Part shown: positions 7,203 to 17,695 of the stretch, piece after piece
Layout: each line of letters begins with the position of its first letter
How positions within the stretch are numbered: position 1 is the first letter of the stretch
Assembly (NCBI GenBank): GCA_963716985.1
Contig: OY970323.1
Coordinates: forward strand, 1,393,942 to 1,457,941
Reading direction: 5' to 3'
DNA from: an uncultured bacterium
GTDB lineage: Bacteria; Chlamydiota; Chlamydiia; Chlamydiales; SM23-39
Length of the DNA: 64,000 nt
Made by a program: the position numbers and the translations under genes
The notes under the pieces: generated by a model
What the model was told of the DNA's origin: nothing
What the model saw: only the letters and a program-made list of their open reading frames with translations
Databases searched by the model: none

Positions 7203-9422
7203 ATGAATGAGATCATCGGTTTTGTCGACCACATCCTCTTTTCCAATCCAGAAAATGGATTCATAGTCGCAAAACTCAAAGAAAGCCATAAAAAAGAGCT
7301 CACCCTCGTCGTGGGCCCTATGCCCTCCGTTCAGCCGGGAGAAACCCTTCTTTGCCAGGGCACTTGGAAAAACCACCCGACTCATGGGAAACAGTTCGAA
7401 GTCTCTTCCTATTCCGTCCGCTCGCCATCCGATCTTGCAGGAATTCAAAAATACTTGGAATCGGGACTCATCAAAGGGATCGGCCCCGTATTTTCCAAAA
7501 AAATCGTAGATAAATTCGGTCTCGACACCCTGGTCATTCTCGACCAGCAAATGGAGCGTTTGAAAGAAATCCAGGGCATCGGGAAAAAAAAGATCGAAAA
7601 AATCCAAGAATGCTGGGCGCAGCAAAAGTCGATACGGGAGGTGATGATCTTTCTTAGATCCTTCGAGATCAGCCCCTCTTTTGCGCAAAAGATCTTCAAA
7701 CGCTATGGAGACCAGAGTTTAGAAAAGATCAAAGAAAATCCCTTTGCCTTGGCCCAGGAAATCTTCGGCATCGGATTTAAAAGTGCAGATAAAATTGCCC
7801 AAAAGATGGGATTTACTCTCACCGATCCCAAGCGGATCTTCTCAGGCATCCAATATGTTTTGTGGGAGATGACCAATGACGGGCATACCTGCGGACTCGA
7901 AAAGGAATTTTTGGAGAAGGCGGAAAAAACTCTTCTTATAGAAAAAAAACTGATCCAAGAGATGATCGACAAAATGGTGCTGGACAACCAGCTCGTGCGG
8001 CAAGAACTTCTTTTCAATGGTATCCCCCAAAATTTTCTCTGGCTTAAACCTTTTTTTTATTCGGAAGAGGGAATTGCAAAAGAACTTGCTCGCTTAAAAA
8101 ATGCGCCCTCGAAAATACGAAAGATGGATGTGAGCAAAGCCATCGATTGGGTGCAAAAAAAGCTTCATATCCAATTTGCAAATGCGCAAATCGAGGGAAT
8201 TAAAAAAAGCATCTCTGAAAAATTCCACATCATCACCGGAGGCCCCGGAACCGGCAAGAGCACCATCATCAACGCCATTCTCACCATCACCGAAAAAATC
8301 ACCGATCAGATCGTGCTCGCAGCGCCGACCGGAAGAGCGGCCAAACGCATGAGCCAAATCACAAGAAGAAGAGCCCAAACCATCCATAGCCTTTTAGAAT
8401 ATGATTTTGGGACAAAGGGATTTCGAAAAAATAAAAACAATCCCCTGAAGGGCCATCTTTTCATCATCGATGAATGCAGCATGATCGATACCCTTCTCAT
8501 GTTTCACCTGGTCAGGGCGCTCCCCCCTGACGCCAGACTGATCCTTGTCGGCGATATTGACCAGCTGCCCAGCGTGGGCGCCGGACAGGTGCTTAAAGAC
8601 CTGATCATCTCCCATATCTGCCCGGTCACGCAACTCGTCGAAATCTTTCGGCAGGCCGCCGGATCTACCATCATTTTGAACGCCCATAAAATCAACAGGG
8701 GAGAGTTTCCGATTCTCGGTGCAGAGCAGTGGAGCGACTTTCAATTTTTTGAGGTCCAGGAACCTCTTGCGATTCAAAAGAAAATCCTGTCTCTAGTTTC
8801 GCAAGAATTGCCCCAATCTAAAAAGTTTCACCCCATCAATGACATTCAGGTTCTTTCCCCCATGAAAAAAGGGCCGCTCGGAACCGAATCTTTGAACCTC
8901 CTTCTGCAAAACGAATTGAATCCCTCCAACACGCCATTTTTCCGCGGCGGTCAGCGCTTTCACGTGGGCGATAAGGTCATGCAGATCCGCAATAACTACA
9001 ATAAAGAAGTATTCAATGGCGATATCGGAAGGATTGTTCGCATCGACGTTAGCGAACAGATACTTGAAGTGACCTTTGATGAGAGACGGGTCGGCTATGA
9101 GTTCCATGAGCTCGAAGAGCTCTCTCTTTCCTATGCCGTTTCCGTCCATAAGTATCAGGGCAGCGAGTGTCCTTGCATCGTCATGCCCATTCACGTCTGC
9201 CACTTCAAGCTTCTCTATCGCAATCTTCTCTACACAGCAGTGACAAGGGGGAAAAAACGGGTGGTCCTTGTGGGGACAAAACAGGCCATTGCCATGACGA
9301 TCAAAAATAAAGATGTACAAAATCGCTATACGGGCCTGCAATCTGCTCTCAATCGAAACTCTCTTCTTACGGCAGAAGATGGCCTTCCTTATGAAATGAT
9401 GCTTCCGGGCTTTAAAGATTGA
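7203..9422 (+). CDS. recD2: RecD2-type SF1 ATP-dependent DNA helicase
   Basis: Motifs are GGPGTGKST, IIDECSMID, LVGDIDQLPSVG and AVSVHKYQGSE, with HhH-like repeats in the N-terminal half. The likely start is MNEIIGFVDHILF at 7203; the track ORF from 6951 looks like a spurious extension. Confidence 0.85.
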   Translation: MNEIIGFVDHILFSNPENGFIVAKLKESHKKELTLVVGPMPSVQPGETLLCQGTWKNHPTHGKQFEVSSYSVRSPSDLAGIQKYLESGLIKGIGPVFSKKIVDKFGLDTLVILDQQMERLKEIQGIGKKKIEKIQECWAQQKSIREVMIFLRSFEISPSFAQKIFKRYGDQSLEKIKENPFALAQEIFGIGFKSADKIAQKMGFTLTDPKRIFSGIQYVLWEMTNDGHTCGLEKEFLEKAEKTLLIEKKLIQEMIDKMVLDNQLVRQELLFNGIPQNFLWLKPFFYSEEGIAKELARLKNAPSKIRKMDVSKAIDWVQKKLHIQFANAQIEGIKKSISEKFHIITGGPGTGKSTIINAILTITEKITDQIVLAAPTGRAAKRMSQITRRRAQTIHSLLEYDFGTKGFRKNKNNPLKGHLFIIDECSMIDTLLMFHLVRALPPDARLILVGDIDQLPSVGAGQVLKDLIISHICPVTQLVEIFRQAAGSTIILNAHKINRGEFPILGAEQWSDFQFFEVQEPLAIQKKILSLVSQELPQSKKFHPINDIQVLSPMKKGPLGTESLNLLLQNELNPSNTPFFRGGQRFHVGDKVMQIRNNYNKEVFNGDIGRIVRIDVSEQILEVTFDERRVGYEFHELEELSLSYAVSVHKYQGSECPCIVMPIHVCHFKLLYRNLLYTAVTRGKKRVVLVGTKQAIAMTIKNKDVQNRYTGLQSALNRNSLLTAEDGLPYEMMLPGFKD

Positions 9423-11416
9423 AGAAACGGCAGCTCCATCTCGTCGTTAAAGCTTCCGGCCAAGATCATTCCCCGGCTTTCTACTCCCATCAAAGTGACG
9501 GGCTTCAGATTGGCGACCACGACCACTTTTTTTCCAATCAAGGCTTCCGCTTCGAAGTGCTGGGCAATCCCGGAAACAATTTGTCTCTTTTCAAATCCAA
9601 GATCCACTTCCAGCTGAAAAAGTTTTTTGGCTTTTGGGATGGGCGCTGCTTTCAAAATCTGACCCACGCGAAGATCGATCTTATCAAAATCTTCGATGGA
9701 AACAGCGTCTCTTACCGCCGGAAAAGATTCTTTTTGCACGCTGCTTTTAAGTTTTTTGATCTCCGCTTCAATTTCGCTATCTTCGACCTTACGGAACAAA
9801 ATTTGGGCTTTGCCTAAATGATCATTGGGTTTTAAGAGCCTTTCTTTGACCCCGTCCCAGGACTCTTCCGCAAGAAGATGTTTCCTGCCCAGCATATCCC
9901 AGATCTTTTGCGAAGACTCCGGAATAATCGGAAAAGCGATCAGACCTAAACTCTGAATACATTGAAGACAGCAATAGATCACGGAAAACATACGCTCTTT
10001 TTTCTGCGGATCCTTAGCAAGAAGCCAAGGTTTGTGGAAGTCGAAGTAGACGTTGCCAACCGAAGCTAGTTCCATCAAAACTTGACTTCCTCTTCGCAGC
10101 TGAAAATTTGCAAAAGCATCTTTTGCAAGATCCACATGCCGCCGGATCTCTTTTAGAAATTGTCTATCTTCGGTATTTAAAGCAGGATTGGGGACTTTAT
10201 TTTCACAATGATTTTGCGCAAAGACAAGCGTTCGGTTTATAAAATTTCCCAGCTTGCCCAAAAGCTCGCTATTGCAGCGAATTTGAAAATCCTTCCAAGA
10301 GAACTCGGTATCGGAGGTCTCGGGGGCATTTGCAGCTAAATAGTAGCGAATCTGATCGCTTGTATATTTATTAAAAAAGTCGTCGAGATCGATAAACCAG
10401 TTGTCCGACTTGGAAAAACGCTTGCCCTCCAAGGTAAAAAATTCATTGGCAGGAACCTCATCGGGTAATTTGTATTCCAGAGTTTGCCCCATGAGCATGG
10501 CGGGGAAAAAGAGCGTATGGAAAGGGATGTTGTCCTTCCCGATGAAATGGACAAGTTTGGTTGAGGGATCGAGCCAATATTTTTTCCAAAGATCGGGATT
10601 TCCTTCTACCTTTTCCGCCCATTCCTTCACTGCGGAAATATACCCGATCGGAGCATCAAACCAGACGTAAAAGACCTTTCCTTCCGTTCCCTTTAAGGGA
10701 ATAGGAACTCCCCATGTGGAATCTCTTGTGATGCCGCGGGGGTGCAGATCATCTAGGTAATTCTTTGTAAAGGCCATCACATTGCTTTTCCAATTCTTTT
10801 TCGCAAGCCAATGGGTAAGTCTTTCCTTAAAAAGATCGAATCGATAGTACCAGTGTCTGCTCGGCTTCAAAACTAGAGAGGAACCCGTCAGTTTCGATTT
10901 TGGGTTCTTTAAATCGGTCGCTTCATAGGTCGATCCGCATTTTGTGCATTCATCGCCTCTTGCGCTTTCATGCCCGCATTTCGGACAGGTGCCAACAACA
11001 TAACGATCGGCTAAAAATCGTTTTTCTTCTTCGGAGTAGAGATGGTTTTCAATCTTCTCTTCCACAAATCCATTTTTGAGCAAAACCTCAAAAAATTCCT
11101 GTACGGTTTTTGCATGCCCCTCCCAAGTCGTTCGAGAATAATGATCAAAAGAAAAATTCAGCTGCCGAAAAATCTCTTGATTGAGCGCATGATAGATCTC
11201 GACATGTTCTCGTGGAGATCTGTTGGCAAGCTCGGCACTTAAAGCGATCGCAATTCCATACTCATCAGACCCGCTGATATAAAGAACATCGTTTCCTAAA
11301 AGTCTTTCGAACCTGGCATAGCAATCGGCCGGCAAATAGGCCCCTGCAATATGCCCAAAATGAAGAGAGCCATTGGCGTAAAGAAGCGCCGATGTAATGA
11401 GAATTCGCTCTGCCAT
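9389..11416 (-). CDS. metG: Methionyl-tRNA synthetase with C-terminal tRNA-binding (Trbp111/EMAP-like) domain
   Basis: Contains the HFGH (HIGH-type) motif, the zinc knuckle CPKCG...CTKCG and KFSKS. The C-terminus is LRVGQILKAAPIPKAKKLFQLEVDLG. Confidence 0.95.
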   Translation of the reverse strand: MAERILITSALLYANGSLHFGHIAGAYLPADCYARFERLLGNDVLYISGSDEYGIAIALSAELANRSPREHVEIYHALNQEIFRQLNFSFDHYSRTTWEGHAKTVQEFFEVLLKNGFVEEKIENHLYSEEEKRFLADRYVVGTCPKCGHESARGDECTKCGSTYEATDLKNPKSKLTGSSLVLKPSRHWYYRFDLFKERLTHWLAKKNWKSNVMAFTKNYLDDLHPRGITRDSTWGVPIPLKGTEGKVFYVWFDAPIGYISAVKEWAEKVEGNPDLWKKYWLDPSTKLVHFIGKDNIPFHTLFFPAMLMGQTLEYKLPDEVPANEFFTLEGKRFSKSDNWFIDLDDFFNKYTSDQIRYYLAANAPETSDTEFSWKDFQIRCNSELLGKLGNFINRTLVFAQNHCENKVPNPALNTEDRQFLKEIRRHVDLAKDAFANFQLRRGSQVLMELASVGNVYFDFHKPWLLAKDPQKKERMFSVIYCCLQCIQSLGLIAFPIIPESSQKIWDMLGRKHLLAEESWDGVKERLLKPNDHLGKAQILFRKVEDSEIEAEIKKLKSSVQKESFPAVRDAVSIEDFDKIDLRVGQILKAAPIPKAKKLFQLEVDLGFEKRQIVSGIAQHFEAEALIGKKVVVVANLKPVTLMGVESRGMILAGSFNDEMELPFLQSLKPGSIIS

Positions 11417-11431
11417 GAAAGACCCCGGAAT

Positions 11432-11626
11432 TTATTTTCTTTCGGAAAAATCTTGTTTTTTGGGATAGAGCTGGATGAGCTCTTCGATCAACTCTCCCAC
11501 GCTTTTCGGTGTCGATGCGCGTATGTGCTCCTTGGCCATTTGGATCGCAATGTTGATCATTTCGAAATTGTTTTTAAATCGGCCTTTCAAACGCTCGTTG
11601 GTCAAAAATTGTGCAACCGCTGTCAT
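11432..11626 (-). CDS. Small protein, possibly RNA polymerase omega subunit
   Basis: It sits immediately downstream of gmk, the conserved gmk-rpoZ order. It shows only a weak omega-like core (FEMINIAIQMAKEHI). Confidence 0.35.
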   Translation of the reverse strand: MTAVAQFLTNERLKGRFKNNFEMINIAIQMAKEHIRASTPKSVGELIEELIQLYPKKQDFSERK

Positions 11627-12225
11627 TTTTCCACTCCTTTTTTTCTCGTTCGATGCTCTTCGGCAATAAAAATTGCACGAAGAACCTGATAGGCTATCTC
11701 TAAATCTTCGTTGACAATGAGATAGTCATAATGTTTTGCCGCCTTCATCTCCTCTTTGGCCCATTCGAGCCTTTTTTCGATCATCTCGCCGGATTCTGTT
11801 TTGCGAGACATAAGGCGTCTTTTCAACTCTCCCAAGGAAGGAGGCTCGATAAAGATGAAGACTCCCTCGACTTTCTTCTTTAAAAAGAGAGCTCCTTGGG
11901 TATCGATCACCAAAACTACATGCCTGCCCTCTTTTTGCGATTTTTGGATTTCTGCTTTTGACGTACCATAATCATGGTCGAACACATGGGCATGCTCTAA
12001 AAATTCATCACCCTCTACTTTTTTTCGAAAAACCTTAAGTGAAACAAAATGATAGTGCACGCCATTCTCTTCCCCTATGCGAGGAGGTCGTGTAGTGAAC
12101 GATACGCTCTCCGTGACGCAATGAAACTCTCTCTTCAAGCGATCGACCAGCGTGTTTTTTCCCGTTCCGGCAGGAGCGCTGATGACAAATAAAAGTCCTT
12201 TTTTCTGATTTCCTAAAAGTTTCAT
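11623..12225 (-). CDS. gmk: Guanylate kinase
   Basis: SAPAGTGKNTLV P-loop, TTRPPRIGEENGVHYHF and EHAHVFDHDYGT. Confidence 0.95.
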   Translation of the reverse strand: MKLLGNQKKGLLFVISAPAGTGKNTLVDRLKREFHCVTESVSFTTRPPRIGEENGVHYHFVSLKVFRKKVEGDEFLEHAHVFDHDYGTSKAEIQKSQKEGRHVVLVIDTQGALFLKKKVEGVFIFIEPPSLGELKRRLMSRKTESGEMIEKRLEWAKEEMKAAKHYDYLIVNEDLEIAYQVLRAIFIAEEHRTRKKGVEK

Positions 12226-13103
12226 TCGATGTTTTGCACCTGTTCCCGAATTTTTTCAAGCTCGCTTTTTATCTCAATAGACCTTCGCGAGACTAAAGCA
12301 TCAGAGGTTTTGGATCCGATCGTATTAATCTCCCTGTGGAATTCTTGTAAGAAAAATTCCAATTTTCTTCCGATGGGCTGCTCTTTAACCTTAAAAAGAG
12401 CCTCTACCTGAGATAGGTGGGAGCGAAAACGAACGATCTCTTCCGTGATATCGATCTTTTCCGCAAAAAGCACCACCTCTTTTAAAAGACGCTCCTCATC
12501 GGAAGGCTTTGTAAAATATTCTCCAACCCTCTGCAAAAGTTTTTCTCGGTACTGAGAAACGCTTGTCTTGGATAGCTTTTCTATCTCATCGATCCACTTT
12601 TCACATTTTTTCAGCCTGGTTTTGATATCCTTAAGGAGCAACGCTCCCTCTTTTTCCTTCATCGCCACGAGCGCATCGATCAGCCGATCCACGAAGGAAA
12701 AGAGGTTTTTTTTCACCTGTTCATCTTCAGAAACGCTCTCGGGAAAAGAAACTTCTTTCGCCTGCTGGGCCAAAAAGAAAAGATCCACGCTTTTTTTATC
12801 CAATCCAAGAAGACGCGCCCTCTCTTCCCAACCCTTCTTGAGAGTTTTTAGGAAACCCGTCTCGGGTAAAAAGGAGAGAAGCTCAGGTTTGTGTGGAAAA
12901 AAAAAGATCCGAAGGGATACTTGTCCGCGAGAGATCTCTTCCGATATTTTTTTTCTCAAATCCATTTCATAGCGAAAAAATTCTTTGGGAAGAAAAAGAC
13001 TCACTTCGAAAAATTTTTTATTCAAAGAGGCAATTTCTCCAACGAACTGGCCCTCTTTTGTCTGGACCGCCAAACGGCTAAAACCTGTCATGCTTCGAGG
13101 CAT
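12222..13103 (-). CDS. yicC: YicC-family protein
   Basis: N-terminus MPRSMTGF (start at 13103) and C-terminus REINTIGSKT...EKIREQVQNIE. The track ORF to 13256 is a hydrophobic spurious extension. Confidence 0.85.
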   Translation of the reverse strand: MPRSMTGFSRLAVQTKEGQFVGEIASLNKKFFEVSLFLPKEFFRYEMDLRKKISEEISRGQVSLRIFFFPHKPELLSFLPETGFLKTLKKGWEERARLLGLDKKSVDLFFLAQQAKEVSFPESVSEDEQVKKNLFSFVDRLIDALVAMKEKEGALLLKDIKTRLKKCEKWIDEIEKLSKTSVSQYREKLLQRVGEYFTKPSDEERLLKEVVLFAEKIDITEEIVRFRSHLSQVEALFKVKEQPIGRKLEFFLQEFHREINTIGSKTSDALVSRRSIEIKSELEKIREQVQNIE

Positions 13104-13235
13104 CGGCTTTTCTCTGGTAAATACTTTAAAAACCATGCCAGATCTTATCTGGAAATTCCCTCTAAAGCAAGAGTTTCGTGAAAAGGCGCCTTTTTTTAAA
13201 AAATAGTTTATGATGATAAGGAAGAAGAAACAAAA

Positions 13236-13670
13236 ATGGCAAACTATAAAACACACATCCGATTTAATCTTTTCCTGGCCCTTCCCACCTTGTTGGGCAT
13301 ATCATGGGTTGTGGCGCATCCGACCTTTCAGATGCTGCTGCTCTTCTCTGCGGTTTTTGCCTATGCCACCTTTTTTTTCAACCCCGATCTGGATTTGGCC
13401 GCTCGGATCAAGCTTTTTTCTTTGAGAGGAATCTTAACGCTCCCTTTTCGCGTCTATTCGATGATCTTTCGCCATCGAGGCATTTCCCACCACCCGCTTT
13501 TCGGCACGCTCACGCGTCTTGTCTGGTTTGGAGGATTATTCTATGCCGTTTTGGCTCTCTTTTTTTCCATAAAAAACCCAAGCTTTGTTCTTCTCGATTA
13601 CCAGCAAGAGCTCATTTTTGGAGCCTCTGCCATTTTTTGCGCAGATTTGTGCCATCTTCTTTTGGACTAA
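13236..13670 (+). CDS. Membrane protein, DUF2227-like putative metal-binding family
   Basis: Polytopic hydrophobic protein with the FRHRGISHHPLFGT motif. Confidence 0.4.
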   Translation: MANYKTHIRFNLFLALPTLLGISWVVAHPTFQMLLLFSAVFAYATFFFNPDLDLAARIKLFSLRGILTLPFRVYSMIFRHRGISHHPLFGTLTRLVWFGGLFYAVLALFFSIKNPSFVLLDYQQELIFGASAIFCADLCHLLLD

Positions 13671-15712
13671 ATAGATTCCGAATGTAGAGAAAGTTTTCCC
13701 TGCGACATCGAGGCGACCACACGCGTCATTGCCGGCACTTCGATTCGATGGTTTTTTTCGAAAACCACCCCCTCGGCAACAAATTCCGCACGCTCATGCA
13801 AAAGGACGTGCAAAGCTTCGTTTCTTTTGATCCGATTCTTCCAATAGACATTGCAAGCATTTCTATCGAAGCCTTCATTTAAAACGCGCACGTTTTTTAA
13901 AAGACATCTTCCTAAAAGAGCTTTTTTCCCCTCGCCTTTTGTCTGAATGATGAGACTTCCTTGGATTTCTGTGTTTTCCATGAAAAGATCGCCAAGTTCC
14001 AAGTGGAGCTCAGATCCATAAAAAAGTTTGCCCTTCCGAATCTTCTTCTGAATCTCGGAATACAGAGGACCTAAAGCCGGATGCAGATAGACAAGAAAGG
14101 GGGGCCCCTTCTTAAGATACTCTTCTTCTGACTCTAAAAGAGGAAGCTCCATCTGACAGATTTGGGAAAGAAGCTCATAGTGGTTTTTAAGAAGGTCGAA
14201 AAAGCAGCCCTCGGGAGTCTCCATAAATGGACAACCCTCCTCCCAAAGACGCTTCGTTGTGGAAATCGTTTTTTTTCGGTCGTTGTAAAGAACAAATGTC
14301 TTGAGCTTTTTCGGATCCTGGGATTTTAGAGGCAACAAAAAATGATCGGTCATCAAATCGGCAATGCTCTGCATCATCAGCTCCAATCTCCCTCCTACCT
14401 CTTCCACTCGAGATCCATCCTTTTGCAGGGAAGGAAATTGCGCTTTCATGTTGAGCATCATTCCGACGAAAGGATCCTTTTCGACAGCTCTGTTTGCTTC
14501 TTGCAAATCCACATAAAGAAGGTTGGTATTGGAGGGGTATTCGGAATAACTGTCTCCCTCTATAGCAGAGTCTTGGATGTTCCACTTCGCAAAATCGGTA
14601 TATTCGATATTGGCATAACCGTATTCATAGCCCTCTTTTCCCCTTTTTTCGCGAAAGACATCAACCCCTTCCGCCGCATGCACTCTTCTCGGACATGCGG
14701 CAAACCCAAACGCTTTTTGCTCCGACGATCCAACGCCCATCAAAGCCAATAGACCATGATCGATGCCGGCCACGGGGTTGTTGATCTGTCTGATAAAAGC
14801 CCTGGTTTTCCCAAGCTTGCCAAGCCAGTCGAAGACCTTCTCATCCTGCATGAGCTTCCAGAGCATCCCGTGGCCTCCCGGCTTCCAAGAAAGCTGTAAA
14901 GGCGCAGAAATGACCCATCCCCCTTTTTGCGTCAAAACGGGAACCGAAATCTGTTGAATGAATCGAAAACTCTCTTTAGGACGGCCAAACCATCCATTTT
15001 CCTCACAAAGACGAACAATCCGTTCGTGATTCTTCTTTTCTTGCGAGGTCATAACAACGACGGGAAGAAGAATTTCCCTGTCGAACGTTTTTCGATACAG
15101 ATATTCCAAGCCCGACAGATCATGGAAAAGCAACTCAAACAAACTCTTTCCTAAAAAGGGAAGCATGGCGGTCGGCAGAGCCTGTTTCGTTGTCGGATCG
15201 ATAAGTCCCAAACGATCTCCCACCCCTCCGATCGGAAAGATGGCAGCAAATTCGGGCAAATGCTGCAACCCCTGGAAAATCTTTTCGCGAACTTCGGAAG
15301 TTTCGATTCTGATGTCTCTCACTTCCGGCTTGAAAAAACGAACGTCTCGATCTTTTTCATTTTTTTTCGAGACAAGTTCTACAACTCTTTCGTGATATCC
15401 GTAAACCCCGCCGATTTTTTCATAAAATTTTTCAACCGCCAAAAGATCTTGAGCTAAAAGTTTTAGAGGAATCAAAGCAGAAGAGGGTTCGTACGGCCAG
15501 GAGAAAAGAGGCTCCCCTTCTCCTAAGTAAATCATTACTTCAAGCACATAGCGCTCTTCTATGCTCAATTGCTCCATCTGAGGAATCAAGGGATGCAATC
15601 TCTCAAAAAAAGAGGCGACTTTCGGTTCTTGATGGAGAAGGAAATATTTTTCGAGCATCTGCCCCCCCTTCAAGAACCGGGGGCGAAAGAATGAAGAGGA
15701 AGTGAGCGTCAT
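13667..15712 (-). CDS. UDPGP-family sugar-1-phosphate nucleotidyltransferase (long chlamydial-type form)
   Basis: PIGGVGDRLGL and KPGGHGMLW motifs of the UTP-sugar-1-P uridylyltransferase family. The start could instead be the internal MLEKYF. Confidence 0.65.
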   Translation of the reverse strand: MTLTSSSFFRPRFLKGGQMLEKYFLLHQEPKVASFFERLHPLIPQMEQLSIEERYVLEVMIYLGEGEPLFSWPYEPSSALIPLKLLAQDLLAVEKFYEKIGGVYGYHERVVELVSKKNEKDRDVRFFKPEVRDIRIETSEVREKIFQGLQHLPEFAAIFPIGGVGDRLGLIDPTTKQALPTAMLPFLGKSLFELLFHDLSGLEYLYRKTFDREILLPVVVMTSQEKKNHERIVRLCEENGWFGRPKESFRFIQQISVPVLTQKGGWVISAPLQLSWKPGGHGMLWKLMQDEKVFDWLGKLGKTRAFIRQINNPVAGIDHGLLALMGVGSSEQKAFGFAACPRRVHAAEGVDVFREKRGKEGYEYGYANIEYTDFAKWNIQDSAIEGDSYSEYPSNTNLLYVDLQEANRAVEKDPFVGMMLNMKAQFPSLQKDGSRVEEVGGRLELMMQSIADLMTDHFLLPLKSQDPKKLKTFVLYNDRKKTISTTKRLWEEGCPFMETPEGCFFDLLKNHYELLSQICQMELPLLESEEEYLKKGPPFLVYLHPALGPLYSEIQKKIRKGKLFYGSELHLELGDLFMENTEIQGSLIIQTKGEGKKALLGRCLLKNVRVLNEGFDRNACNVYWKNRIKRNEALHVLLHERAEFVAEGVVFEKNHRIEVPAMTRVVASMSQGKLSLHSESI

Positions 15713-16026
15713 CGTGTAAAATTCAGATCCTTGCCTATAACAAAACTATAACTTGAAGCAAAAAAAAGGTCTTTATTTTCTTTTTCTTATGACTTGCTTG
15801 CCGGAAGCAAGAAAGTTTTTTTTAAAAATAAATTCGTTCGATTAAGGTTTTTTTCTTAAAAACGCCTCATTATAAAAAAGCAAGCCGTCGATTCCAAAAC
15901 ATTGACAACAAACATATTAAGCGGCCTTTCTTTCCAAGCTCCTCGCAAAAAACTTGAACAAAGGCCGGTTCCCCCACTAGACAAACAATTTTTAAACAAT
16001 TAAAAGGAGCAAAACGGAAAAGTTTC

Positions 16027-17625
16027 ATGAGAAGGATGATCCTCATTCTTTTTGCTTTTACAATGACTGCAAGCATCACATCGCATATCTTTCAGCAAAA
16101 ATGGCATTTCTATCGAAAAGCAGAGGCTCTTTTTTTTAGGGAACATTACGAAGAAGCCCTCTTTTCCTATCTGCAATCTCTTCGATGGGGTCTCGATGAA
16201 GAGCTCATCTCCACCCATTTTATCCACACACTTTCAAAGCTCGGTGGCGGCACTGAGAGAATAGATCCTTTCCTTGCAAGGATCAAAAAAGAGGGACAAA
16301 AGGCCCACCTGCTCACGAAAGTTGCTCTCATTTTTCTATTGGAAAATAAGGCAGAAGAATCTGAAAAAATCTTAAAAACACCTGTCGTGAAAAAGTTGAA
16401 GAGCTCTTTTGTACACCTCCTTTTGGCACGCTCTTTGTTCCTTCAGAGAAAAGGCAAAGAGGCCATTGCGGAATATCAAAAAGCTTTGAATAAAGATTTC
16501 CAAAACGATCCTCTAAGATATGAGTTCGCCAAAGTGCTCGCAATCGAAAAACAATATGAAGAGGCCTATTTTCATTACCAAAAGCTCTATGAAAAAAAGA
16601 AAAGCCCCTCTCTTTCTTTAGAAATCGCAAACCTTCTTCTCTTGCAGCAAAAAACCGGAGCCGCCCTGGACATGCTCGAGAATCTCGACGAGCAGGAGAT
16701 CGATGCAAACACAGAGCTTTTCTTGGGCCGGATGTATGCAAAGGAAAACCAGACAGAAAAAGCTGCGCACGCCCTTTTACTTTACTTAGGAAAAAAGCCC
16801 AATGATTTCACAGTAAGATTTGAGCTTGCAGAACTCTCTCTTTTGCATAAAAATTATGCGCTTGCCACAGAGCAGTATCAAAAGATCATCGAAGAAAATC
16901 CGCACGATCGCTACATCAGAAGAGCCCTGGCGCTCTCGCTTTTAAGAGACATGCGCACGGAAGAGACAAAAAAAGAGCTCGCCCGCTCCCTTGCAGAAGA
17001 AAGCCAAAAAACTCAAGTGCCCCAATCGAAAAGGATATCCGATTTCCAAGCAAGACATATACTCGCAAGGCTTTTGCATCTGCAAGAGGGACATTTAGAA
17101 AAATCACTCTCTCATTACCTGCTCCTTGCCAAAGAAGAACCAAAAGATATTAGGATTCATATGGAAATGGGAGAAATCTATCAAAAATTAAAACTCTATG
17201 AAAAAGCGCTTGATGAATTTAAAATCGCAAGCAGCCTGGATCCCAAGAACGTCCGCGCACAGATCAATGAAGGAAAAATCTACCTGTTCCTAAATGACGA
17301 GAAAAGAGCTCTTTCCCTTTTTAAAAAAATGCCCAAAACATCACCTTTGGTCCAAAAATTTTTAATTGAAACCGCACGATGTTTCAAGCAAGAGAAAAAA
17401 CTGTCCGAGTCCCTTTGGATTTACAAAGAGCTGGCCGAGAAAAATGAAGACCCCCGCCTCTTCGAAGAGACCGGCGATCTTTTTACGGAAACGAATCAAA
17501 TCAAATCTGCTCTTCTCTACTACCAGCAAGCGCTCAAAATGAGCCCCGGATCAGAGACTCTCAAAGAAAAAATTCGCGAAGCGCTTCAAAAAACACAACA
17601 AGAAACTCCTTTTGCAAATTCTTGA
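16027..17625 (+). CDS. Secreted or periplasmic TPR-repeat protein
   Basis: N-terminal signal-like MRRMILILFAFTMTASIT, then repeated A/Y/L-patterned 34-mer units (YEEALFSYLQSL, YEEAYFHYQKLYE, YEKALDEFKIASSLDP). Confidence 0.7.
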   Translation: MRRMILILFAFTMTASITSHIFQQKWHFYRKAEALFFREHYEEALFSYLQSLRWGLDEELISTHFIHTLSKLGGGTERIDPFLARIKKEGQKAHLLTKVALIFLLENKAEESEKILKTPVVKKLKSSFVHLLLARSLFLQRKGKEAIAEYQKALNKDFQNDPLRYEFAKVLAIEKQYEEAYFHYQKLYEKKKSPSLSLEIANLLLLQQKTGAALDMLENLDEQEIDANTELFLGRMYAKENQTEKAAHALLLYLGKKPNDFTVRFELAELSLLHKNYALATEQYQKIIEENPHDRYIRRALALSLLRDMRTEETKKELARSLAEESQKTQVPQSKRISDFQARHILARLLHLQEGHLEKSLSHYLLLAKEEPKDIRIHMEMGEIYQKLKLYEKALDEFKIASSLDPKNVRAQINEGKIYLFLNDEKRALSLFKKMPKTSPLVQKFLIETARCFKQEKKLSESLWIYKELAEKNEDPRLFEETGDLFTETNQIKSALLYYQQALKMSPGSETLKEKIREALQKTQQETPFANS

Positions 17626-17695
17626 AAAACAAAGCAGCAATTCTTTGTCTTTCTTTGTTTCTAAGGAAATCATGAGCATCAAACGACCTCAAAAG

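Noticed and set aside
7179-9341. Long antisense ORFs inside recD2 (7179..7688, 8394..8777, 8793..9341). Analogous ones lie inside ffh (23386..24171), glgB (49538..50173), pnp (30457..30960), ftsH (34173..34674) and the helicases (55789..56115, 61141..61485)
   Set aside because: Each is antisense to a gene with unambiguous family motifs, and the translations are low-complexity with no motifs. Such ORFs are expected by chance.
9389-9422. 34-bp convergent overlap of the recD2 and metG 3' ends as a regulatory feature
   Set aside because: Short convergent overlaps are common in compact genomes, and no hairpin or other structure was seen. It is noted only.
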